Shown: piece by piece, positions 57,601 through 64,000 of the stretch
How positions within the stretch are numbered: position 1 is the stretch's first letter
How the letters are laid out: each line of letters begins with the position of its first letter
From: Bryobacteraceae bacterium
GTDB lineage: Bacteria; Acidobacteriota; Terriglobia; Bryobacterales; Bryobacteraceae
Length of the DNA: 64,000 bases
Direction of reading: 5' to 3'
Assembly (NCBI GenBank): GCA_035475915.1
Contig: DATIMA010000172.1
Span: 24,549 to 88,548 of the forward strand
Notes under the pieces: generated by a model
Seen by the model: only the letters and a program-made list of their open reading frames with translations
Told to the model about the DNA's origin: nothing
The model's database searches: none
Made by a program: the position numbers and the translations under genes

Positions 57601-57723
57601 TCGCAGAAGCCCTTCGCGATTGTCATCGTGGGCGGCATGATCTCACGGCTGTTTCTTTCCATTTTCCTCGCCCCTGTGCTCTATTCACTTGTGGCGCGGA
57701 AGGGAGATGTTCTGCAGGTCTGA
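54640..57723 (+). CDS. CusA/CzcA-family heavy-metal RND efflux pump
   Basis: 1027 aa with 12 TM helices and two large periplasmic loops. Family-typical N-terminus (FALSQRFLIVIASLALMVWGGIAFQRLPIDAYPD), and AIDFGIIVDGAVVMVEN in TM4. Confidence 0.85.
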   Translation: MISRLVSFALSQRFLIVIASLALMVWGGIAFQRLPIDAYPDLSPPHVEIITQWPGHAAEEVERLITIPIEIEMNGIPRLESLRSISLYGLSSVQMNFDYGADPYFVREQAFERVANAAMPQGVAPSLSPLYSPSGLIYRYVLQSPDRSPRELKTIQDWLLQRSYRSIPGVADDSGFGGTTMQYQVLLDPNKLLTYGISVAQVQQQLSANNANAGGGFYSQGGQIYYIRGLGLVTNTADIGNVVLAMHNGIPVYVRDVAKVQIGHAVRLGQFGYMRQEEAVEGVILMRVGEQAQVILKRVEEKTNELNRRVLPRDVKVVPYYDRSYLIEETTRTVERNLLRGMILVLVILGLMLFSVRTALIVAVTIPFSLLFAFICLDRSHIPANLLSIGAIDFGIIVDGAVVMVENIFRELAARHGQSYNLLDVIRGAARDVERPIFYAIAVIIAGYLPIYVLTGPSGRLFRPMADTMCFALVGSLLCALTLLPVLCAYFMRKHVREPQLKLYDRLRNSYGRGLEICLRNRMLTVVVCLVIFLASLLLIPGIGAEFMPHLDEGALWVRATTPYTISFEEASRLSPQIRDVLLSFPQVTTVANELGRPDDGTDPTGFFNNEFYVGLRPYDDASWHHDIHTKPELIDALQRKLSAFPGVIFNYTQPAEDAVDEAETGLKSLLAVKIFGSDLKTLEQKAEQARDILSHVRGITHIVIVRELGQPSLLIKPDRAKIARYGLNVSDVNTLIETALGGTAATQVIQGEEQFDLVVRMQEPFRSDENAIKNLLITTPDGQHLPLSQFADVHIENGASLIYREANSRYIGVQFSVDGRDLASAVGEARRKVARQVKLPIGYSFDWGGEYQDYLSSMAQMKVILPLTVLLILLILFALYGNLKFPLIIFFSVLITQPVGGLIALRMTGTTFSVSSMLGFVALMGLAVQTSVILYSFINKLRLEGKDTMTATLEASVLRLRPIAMTALVACFGLLPAAMSTGIGSDSQKPFAIVIVGGMISRLFLSIFLAPVLYSLVARKGDVLQV

Positions 57724-57736
57724 CCGGAGCCGCTTC

Positions 57737-59005
57737 TCAGCGGATTACTTCGCGTCCAACAGCAAAATTCACTTGATTGGCCGCTGAGAAGTATGCGCCC
57801 ACAAGGTTCACATAGCTAAGTTGCGTATCGCGATACGCCTTTTGTGCATCCAGGAAGTCGAGCAGCGACGCGCCCCCATGTAGATACGCAAAAGACACGG
57901 AAGATCGGACATCTTGCGCTTCTTTCAGGTACTTCGCCTTGTATGGCTTCAGCAGATCTAGCGTGCTTTCGAGAGTCGCGTAGGCAGAGTCGACATCATG
58001 GAGCGCCGCCAATTCGGATGCATCGAGTAATTGCTGGTTCCGCCCGATATCGAGCAGGGTATGCTGCTTCTCGCCCTGATTCCGATCAAAGATGCGCAGC
58101 GGGATACTGACACTCAAGCCTACGTACGTGTTCAGTGGAGGAGGCTGGTGCGATGCATCGACACTGAATGTCGGGTCTGTCGAACCGTTCGCAATTGCAA
58201 GCTGGTGATCGGTTCTTGCCTTTTCGAGCGACTGCTCCGCTTCCTTCAGATCCGGGCGGCTGTTTATAGCCAAAGTTCGGAGATCCGCGAGCGTCGTCAC
58301 TGGTTCCTCGAAATCGAAAGGCTCCGACACGTCGAATTGTTCCACCGGAGTCGAGTCTCGCAGCAACGCGATCAGATCGATCTTTGCGGTCCGCAAATTG
58401 ACTTGCGCAGTTTCCAGATCAGATTCGAATTGGACGCGCTGCAGGTCTATCCGCTGGAAATCGACTTGCGAAATATCGCCGGACTTGAGCCGTTCCCGGC
58501 CGATCGCAATCTCTTTATCGTAGTAATCGAGATTTTCCCGCGCCACCTGCCGTACGGCCTTGGCCAGCAGCACGCGCACGAAGGCGTCCCGTAAGGTGAA
58601 CATCAGGTTTCGTTCCAGATCCGATTGCGCCGATATGGAAATTGCAGTCGCTTTCTTCGCGCTCGCCAGCCGCAGTTCGCGCTTGTGGTCCCGCTCGTGC
58701 AGGTAAGCTACACTGCCGAACAAATAGGACTGGGCGATCGGCCGATATGGATTCGTGGAAAACGGCGTGAACTGGTCCCACCCAACGGTCAGGTCGGGAT
58801 TTGGCCGGAGATTCGCGGTAATCTCGTCGGCGCGTGATTCGTCGATGGTGACTTGCCCCGCTAATAGAGTCGGGTTACTCGCCCTGAATTTGTCTCGCGT
58901 CTCTTGCCAGGTGAGTGCATGCTGTGCAAGCGCCATCTGCGCCAGGCAAGGGACTGCTGCAAGTTGCAGGCACGAAAGACCCAAACGGCGCGCATAACAA
59001 TTCAT
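57737..59005 (-). CDS. TolC-family outer-membrane efflux protein (CzcC-like)
   Basis: Signal peptide and duplicated alpha-helical/beta-barrel repeats typical of OMFs. Convergent with the pump genes. Confidence 0.75.
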   Translation of the reverse strand: MNCYARRLGLSCLQLAAVPCLAQMALAQHALTWQETRDKFRASNPTLLAGQVTIDESRADEITANLRPNPDLTVGWDQFTPFSTNPYRPIAQSYLFGSVAYLHERDHKRELRLASAKKATAISISAQSDLERNLMFTLRDAFVRVLLAKAVRQVARENLDYYDKEIAIGRERLKSGDISQVDFQRIDLQRVQFESDLETAQVNLRTAKIDLIALLRDSTPVEQFDVSEPFDFEEPVTTLADLRTLAINSRPDLKEAEQSLEKARTDHQLAIANGSTDPTFSVDASHQPPPLNTYVGLSVSIPLRIFDRNQGEKQHTLLDIGRNQQLLDASELAALHDVDSAYATLESTLDLLKPYKAKYLKEAQDVRSSVSFAYLHGGASLLDFLDAQKAYRDTQLSYVNLVGAYFSAANQVNFAVGREVIR

Positions 59006-59101
59006 CGAAAATCGGGTTCACTCTAAAAGCGTGTCCCCTCATTTTTTCACACCTCGAAAGCGAACACGCTTTGTAGGAACGAAGTTGCGGCGTAATGGGC
59101 G

Positions 59102-60523
59102 TCAGACTTCTTCCGGCACTACAAAAGGAGCGCGATACCCGCGATCTCCATCGCGAAGCAGCAGGGAAGCCTCTTCATCTCCGATAACCTCCTGCGTCTC
59201 GGGGTTGAAGTGAAGTGTTCTGCCTAAGCGGTACGATGCATTTGCCAGGTGTACCATTGCCGTTGACATGTGCCCTTCCTCAATGGGTGCATTGAGGTCC
59301 GCTTTGTTCCTGCTGGCGACGCAATCGATAAAGTTTTGAAAGTGCGCGCGTTCGCTGCCGCCGTGAACGGCAGGCTGCACCTCCTGATCCCTGCCCAGCG
59401 TCACGACATACGTACAGGCATCTTCGTCGCCGGTAGCCAAATATCCGTTGGAGCCGTAGAAGATGTCGCCGACTGTGTTGTGACTGCCCGCATTGGGACC
59501 CAGTTTAGGTTGTCCGGGGGCTCGCTTGGGCGGAGGCGTCCCGAGTTCCGGCGTTCCGATTCCCGCTTCGTGATTCGTGATCCAATGCCTGACTTCAAAA
59601 GTGATCATCTTGCGCTTCCCATCCGGGAGATCGAATTCAAAAGCGCAGTTAAGATCGTTCGGCGTCTCCTGGTCGTCATCAAACATGAAATGGCCGCCGA
59701 TGGCACTCACCTTATTTGGAAAGCCTACGCCCATTCCCCAGCGCGCCATGTCCACCTGATGAACCCCCTGGTTCCCGATGTCACCATTGCCGTAATACCA
59801 GAACCAGTGCCAGTTGTAGTGAAAGCGGTTTTGCGTGAAAGCGTGCTGCGGAGCCGGACCGGTCCACAAGTCGTAATCAACCCCGGCAGGGACCTCCGAA
59901 ACGGGCTTGCGGCCAATCGTGTCGCGCCACTTGTAACAGAGCCCGCGCGCCATGTAGGTATCGCCGACTATGCCATCGTGAAGCTTTTGGACCGCCTCGC
60001 GCGCAGCCGTGGCCGACCGGATCTGGGTTCCATGCTGCACGATGCGGTTATAGCGTTGCGACGCCTTGACCAACTGCTTTCCTTCCCACAGATTGTGAGA
60101 GCAGGGCTTCTCCACATAGACATCCTTGCCGGCCTGACACCCCCAAATTGCCATCAGAGAATGCCAGTGGTTCGGAGTCGCGATTGATATCGCGTCGATT
60201 GACTTGTCCTCCAGCAGTTTTCGAATGTCAACATAAGTGACGGGCTTAGGCAGTCCCATCTTGTCCATCTGCGCCAGCCGCTGGCGAAGGACGTTTTCGT
60301 CAATGTCGCAGAGTGCCGCAATTTGCGCATTCTTAATCTGCGAGTAGTTGTGAAGGTGATCCCGCCCTCTTCCGTGCAGGCCGCAGATGGCGACTCGCAC
60401 CCGGTCGTTTGCCCCGAAGACCCGCTCCGGGTGGGCCAAGAACGTTATGCCTCCCATCGCTGCCAGGCCCGCTGTGCTGCTGCCGAGGAAGTCTCGACGG
60501 TTGATCTCTTTTGAAGCCGCCAT
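59102..60523 (-). CDS. Tat-exported Gfo/Idh/MocA-family oxidoreductase
   Basis: Tat motif NRRDFLGSSTAGLAAMGG, Rossmann VRVAICGLHGRG, and EKP motif VYVEKPCSHN. Confidence 0.85.
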   Translation of the reverse strand: MAASKEINRRDFLGSSTAGLAAMGGITFLAHPERVFGANDRVRVAICGLHGRGRDHLHNYSQIKNAQIAALCDIDENVLRQRLAQMDKMGLPKPVTYVDIRKLLEDKSIDAISIATPNHWHSLMAIWGCQAGKDVYVEKPCSHNLWEGKQLVKASQRYNRIVQHGTQIRSATAAREAVQKLHDGIVGDTYMARGLCYKWRDTIGRKPVSEVPAGVDYDLWTGPAPQHAFTQNRFHYNWHWFWYYGNGDIGNQGVHQVDMARWGMGVGFPNKVSAIGGHFMFDDDQETPNDLNCAFEFDLPDGKRKMITFEVRHWITNHEAGIGTPELGTPPPKRAPGQPKLGPNAGSHNTVGDIFYGSNGYLATGDEDACTYVVTLGRDQEVQPAVHGGSERAHFQNFIDCVASRNKADLNAPIEEGHMSTAMVHLANASYRLGRTLHFNPETQEVIGDEEASLLLRDGDRGYRAPFVVPEEV

Positions 60524-60534
60524 TCCAATTCTCC

Positions 60535-61470
60535 TTAGGTCAGATACTTTAAACTCTCTTGAACCAGCTTCTGCGTCCCTTGGAGCGGGTCGCCCGAGCC
60601 GGTGTCATATTCCATTGAAAAGTAGCCTCGATACCCGCTGGCCTTTGCGATACTGAACATCCGTTTGAGGTCGACCGAGTAGAGCTTACCTTCCGATCTC
60701 ACGCTGTCCTTTACATGGACCATGCTGTAGGCGTACTTGAACATCGCGGTAACTGCTCTTTCGTTGTACGCGGCATCGTGCCCTTCGAGCGAGTTGCCAA
60801 AATCCGGTAAGGCGCGCAGATAAGGGCTATTTACCCGCCGAATAACATCGACCAGAAAGAACGGGTCTTCCGCAACCGGATTATCATTTTCCAGATTCAC
60901 TATAACGTTGCGCTTTGAACCGTAGTCCGCCAGTTGCCCAAGGCTTTCCGCAGCCAACCCGGCATCGGGCTTCACGTCTCGATGTCCCGAAACGTGCTGG
61001 CGTACGCTGGGCGATTCGACAATGACCGCTATATCGATCCATTTCCGCCCATACTCCACGGCTGCTTGACGTTTAGACGCGTCAGGATCATAAAAGCTCC
61101 CGCCCGAGAGGCCCAAATCGACCATATGAGAACCGGCTTTCTCTACGGCCTCCCGGAATTCGTCGAGGTATGCCTGATCGGTCGAACGAAAATGACTGCT
61201 CAGAGGATTGATGTTGTAGACCCCGAATCTCTTCGCGACGAAGGCTGGAAAGTCCTTCAGGTCCATAGCCTGCTTGTGTGGATCGTAGCCACGGTTGGTT
61301 GGACTCTGAATGTACGCTCGAAATGGATAGGATGTGACCGCCAGCCGGGCACGTGGATCTGTCGGAAATTGAAGATCCGGATGAGACGAGTTTTGACCTG
61401 CGCGAAGGAGCGGGGCGCAGGCCGCAAGCGCTGGCACGGTCTTCAGAAGACAACGGCGAGTTTGAACCAA
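60535..61470 (-). CDS. Tat-signal xylose-isomerase-like TIM-barrel protein
   Basis: TTG start giving (M)VQTRRCLLKTVPALAACAPL. The TIM-barrel pattern includes NLEND and YAYSMVHVKD...GYRGYFSMEYD. Confidence 0.7.
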   Translation of the reverse strand: MVQTRRCLLKTVPALAACAPLLRAGQNSSHPDLQFPTDPRARLAVTSYPFRAYIQSPTNRGYDPHKQAMDLKDFPAFVAKRFGVYNINPLSSHFRSTDQAYLDEFREAVEKAGSHMVDLGLSGGSFYDPDASKRQAAVEYGRKWIDIAVIVESPSVRQHVSGHRDVKPDAGLAAESLGQLADYGSKRNVIVNLENDNPVAEDPFFLVDVIRRVNSPYLRALPDFGNSLEGHDAAYNERAVTAMFKYAYSMVHVKDSVRSEGKLYSVDLKRMFSIAKASGYRGYFSMEYDTGSGDPLQGTQKLVQESLKYLT

Positions 61471-61488
61471 GATTCACCTCAGTCAATC

Positions 61489-64000
61489 ATGAACGTTTCA
61501 CGCTGTCAAGAAATATATCTCATCTTCGGTAAAGATTTTCCAACGACTCCTGTTGAGCCGCCTGGCAAACGCGCCCGGCCCGTATCGGGATATCCTAATG
61601 GCTTCGTGAGCACCAAGGGACAACTCGATCTGGTCGAGACAACATTTGAAACCGCAAGGCCGCCAAATCCTCTCTTCTGCCACCAGGAATTCCTCGAAAA
61701 GCTGAGCGAGCATGGCCGGGATTCCATTGGAAAGAGAGCCGCTTTCTTACTTCAGAGGCTCTCGTTCGATTCGCAGCGGGTGCACTATAAAACAACCCAG
61801 GGACTCAATCGAGGCTGGCGTCGCTCGCGGCTTGGCGGCAACCACGGAAGCCATTTCTATGCCTGGTGGGCTCCCAAAAACGCGCTTCCCCTAAAGGAGT
61901 CGGGCCAGTTCTCGGATGTGCCGGATGGCTCGCTTATCTTGCGCGATATCCGTCACCATGATGATCACACGCCGCTCTCGCCGCAATCCTTCGACATGAA
62001 TTACATGCCGGTAACCGTGCACGATCTCCGGCGCGAGGAATACGCTCCGCTCCCTTGGACGCAGCCACAGATCAGGTTCGCCGCAGCCCGGCAGCCCGTG
62101 CGGCTTCTGAAGGGGCACCCGGGATCAGGAAAGACAACTGCGCTATTGCACGCCGCGGATTCATCCGCCGCCGAACGGACGCTGTACATCACCTATTCGC
62201 GAAATTTAGCTGCGCTCGCCCGGGACTACTTCGATCGTTTTTGCTCGTCTCAAAAACGGTTTCATGTCATCACGTTCCCGGAGTTGGTCCGGCAAGTGCT
62301 TGGGTTGGATGCCCCGGTAGTGCCCGAAAGTGAAACCAGGCAGCGCTTTCTGCGCGATCTGTCGCCATTTTCAAGGTCTTTGGGAGCTTGGGCCAACAGC
62401 CAGCGGGCTCTCTATGACGAACTCTATGCCCATCTGGCCGGCGATGCCCTTCCAATCTCCATCGGCCGGTTCACCGCTTCGAAGCAGCCCCGAGTGTCCG
62501 AAAAAGCGTATCGGGAGCGGCGGACACGATATCTGGGCCAGGGACCTACTGCCTCCGCACTTGAAGCAGCAGTTCGCCTGGAAAAGCTCGATTCAAAGTC
62601 GCTCGCCGAGCGCTATTTCCCGGAACTGGCGCTCGCCTGGCGCGCGGTAGAGCGGTTGCATGCCCCGGGCGATGCCGGCACAAAGCCGAATTTCGATCCG
62701 GCGTTGCTTGATTTTGATTGCATCGCGGTGGATGAATGTCAGGATCTTACACCCCTTGAGGCATTCTTTATCGTCGAGCTGGCATCGTCCATCAATCACC
62801 GCCGCCGGATGGCCGTACCGCTGCTGTTGTCGGGCGATGAAGCACAGACGGTGCGCCCCACCGACTTTGAATGGGGCTGGTTGAACGACCTGCTGCATTC
62901 GCAAATAGGCACACCCTCTGAGCACAAGCTTACGTCCAATTTGCGCAGCCCTCACCGTATCGCGGAACTTGTGAACCGTGTGTGGGATCTCTACTCACAT
63001 ATTCAAAAGCAGGATCGCCCCAGCGGAACCGGGTATGCCGAAATCGAAGACGACGCAACCGACCAGATTTTATATTGCAGCGCCAATCCCGGACCGGAAT
63101 TAGACCAGCTTCTGATTTCGCTCGCGGGCCGGGAGGGTCTGGCCCTCATCACGCTCGAAGATGCGGTTCCCGCCTATGTTCCGGAGGCGGCCCGGAGCGG
63201 AGTGTTCACCGTGTCCGAAGCCAAGGGACTCGACTTCAACTCCGTATGCGTGCTCGACGCGGGCCGGAACCTGGAGCGGATTGTTCATGACGATGGCCGC
63301 TTGCGTGCCGACCACGACATCGAGGGCTTAAGGAGACGGCTGGCGATCGATCAGCTTCGCGTCGCCCTGAGCCGTCCGACCGAACGCCTGTTCTGGCTAG
63401 ACGTTAATCCGACTGATCAAATGATTCGTCAGAGCATCGGATTTCTAAACGGCAGAGATGCCGTAGCAGGAGTGGCTGCATGCGTCCCTGCGGCATTGCT
63501 GACAACGCTCGATGAGGACGATCTCGATCCGGAAGAGCGCGTTCAGCGCTGCCGTGCCGATGCATTGCAATTCCTAGACATTAAACCGGAAATCGCGTGG
63601 TCGCGGGCGCAGCAGGCGATCACGCTCTTGGGCCGCCCCGGGTCACTGGCCGCTGTGACAGATGAAGCGGCCCGGAATGCTGCCTATCTGACCCTGGCCC
63701 AGGTGTGTTTCATGCTCGGGCTGCGTAATGCGCGCCTGACAGCCGAACTGGGCAGACCCGATCTGTTTCACGAGGCATATCGCGCAGCACTAAACGCCAG
63801 CCGTTACGGATTGGCCGCCATACTCGAGGCCGTCGGGCGGGTTCACCGCGCGACTATCCAAAACCGGCTCCAGGCATTGGTCGAACTAACCCAAATTCTT
63901 CCGTCGCGCAAAGCCGAACTCGAACCGTGGCTGCTGGTCGAGTTCGGAGCAAAGTCGAAATTCTGGGTTGAAGAGTTGGAGGCGGCCTTTTTCAACAGTC
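61489..64000 (+). CDS. SF1 (UvrD/RecD-like) P-loop helicase with RelE/ParE-like N-terminal module and helical C-terminal extension; 3' end outside window; NOT in the supplied ORF track
   Basis: Hand translation gives 837 codons with no stop from the ATG at 61489 to the window end. Motifs occur in canonical SF1 order: Walker A GHPGSGKTT (62113-62139), DExx CIAVDECQDL (62719-62748), SGDEAQTV, SNLRSPHRI, TVSEAKGLDFNSVCV, LRVALSRPTERLFWL. An alternative start is GTG at 61606. Confidence 0.8.
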   Translation, partial: MNVSRCQEIYLIFGKDFPTTPVEPPGKRARPVSGYPNGFVSTKGQLDLVETTFETARPPNPLFCHQEFLEKLSEHGRDSIGKRAAFLLQRLSFDSQRVHYKTTQGLNRGWRRSRLGGNHGSHFYAWWAPKNALPLKESGQFSDVPDGSLILRDIRHHDDHTPLSPQSFDMNYMPVTVHDLRREEYAPLPWTQPQIRFAAARQPVRLLKGHPGSGKTTALLHAADSSAAERTLYITYSRNLAALARDYFDRFCSSQKRFHVITFPELVRQVLGLDAPVVPESETRQRFLRDLSPFSRSLGAWANSQRALYDELYAHLAGDALPISIGRFTASKQPRVSEKAYRERRTRYLGQGPTASALEAAVRLEKLDSKSLAERYFPELALAWRAVERLHAPGDAGTKPNFDPALLDFDCIAVDECQDLTPLEAFFIVELASSINHRRRMAVPLLLSGDEAQTVRPTDFEWGWLNDLLHSQIGTPSEHKLTSNLRSPHRIAELVNRVWDLYSHIQKQDRPSGTGYAEIEDDATDQILYCSANPGPELDQLLISLAGREGLALITLEDAVPAYVPEAARSGVFTVSEAKGLDFNSVCVLDAGRNLERIVHDDGRLRADHDIEGLRRRLAIDQLRVALSRPTERLFWLDVNPTDQMIRQSIGFLNGRDAVAGVAACVPAALLTTLDEDDLDPEERVQRCRADALQFLDIKPEIAWSRAQQAITLLGRPGSLAAVTDEAARNAAYLTLAQVCFMLGLRNARLTAELGRPDLFHEAYRAALNASRYGLAAILEAVGRVHRATIQNRLQALVELTQILPSRKAELEPWLLVEFGAKSKFWVEELEAAFFNS

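Noticed and set aside
57715-57745. The hairpin ccgct-tctc-agcgg between the convergent czcA-like and OMF genes, considered as a terminator.
   Set aside because: It has only a 5-bp stem with a 4-nt loop, overlaps the OMF stop codon and has no U-tract. It is too weak to call.
61498-63315. A cluster of 60-120-aa ORFs on both strands (e.g. 62593..62955 -, 62330..62650 +, 62982..63290 +).
   Set aside because: All lie inside and out of frame with the long open helicase frame (61489 to >64000), which has coherent SF1 motifs. They are Arg/Pro/Ala-rich shadow ORFs.

Overview
This is a 64-kb, moderately GC-rich chromosomal segment. Its gene content looks like Acidobacteriota (Terriglobia-type); this is an inference from hallmark proteins, and no search was run. 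The hallmarks are two TonB-dependent receptors of the carboxypeptidase-regulatory-domain type, an acidobacterial-type VWA protein, and many Tat-signal Gfo/Idh/MocA oxidoreductases paired with xylose-isomerase-like TIM-barrel proteins.

Most of the window is tightly packed core or metabolic genes:
- mfd, rfaE-domain-II-like gene, HAD phosphatase, cvpA and purC.
- An epimerase and pgeF.
- dnaG-rpoD.
- An ada / 2OG-oxygenase / alkB adaptive-response operon.
- A threonine dehydratase and a ROK kinase.
- A czc-type RND efflux set.

There are three sugar-oxidation-type clusters:
- 1089-9375: LacI, a ThuA-like protein, Gfo/Idh/MocA, two TIM barrels, a PhyH dioxygenase, a diheme cytochrome c and a PQQ dehydrogenase.
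- 46974-53273: a NagB-like protein, a PmoA-family protein, an MFS transporter, an esterase and LacI.
- 59102-61470: a Tat-exported Gfo/Idh/MocA plus a Tat-exported TIM barrel.

The only clearly accessory or mobile DNA is a decayed nested IS481/ISL3 transposase remnant. It abuts tRNA-Thr(UGU) at 27478-27553, next to a large LssY-like/beta-barrel outer-membrane protein.

The most notable item is a long open frame that the supplied ORF track does not list, because it has no stop inside the window (61489 to >64000, + strand). By hand translation it is an SF1 UvrD/RecD-like P-loop helicase. It carries a RelE/ParE-like N-terminal module and a helical C-terminal extension, so it is a candidate conflict/defence gene whose partners, if any, lie beyond the window end.

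No CRISPR array, rRNA, integrase or prophage structure was seen. All functional calls rest on motif and family recognition by eye. Nothing was searched against databases.
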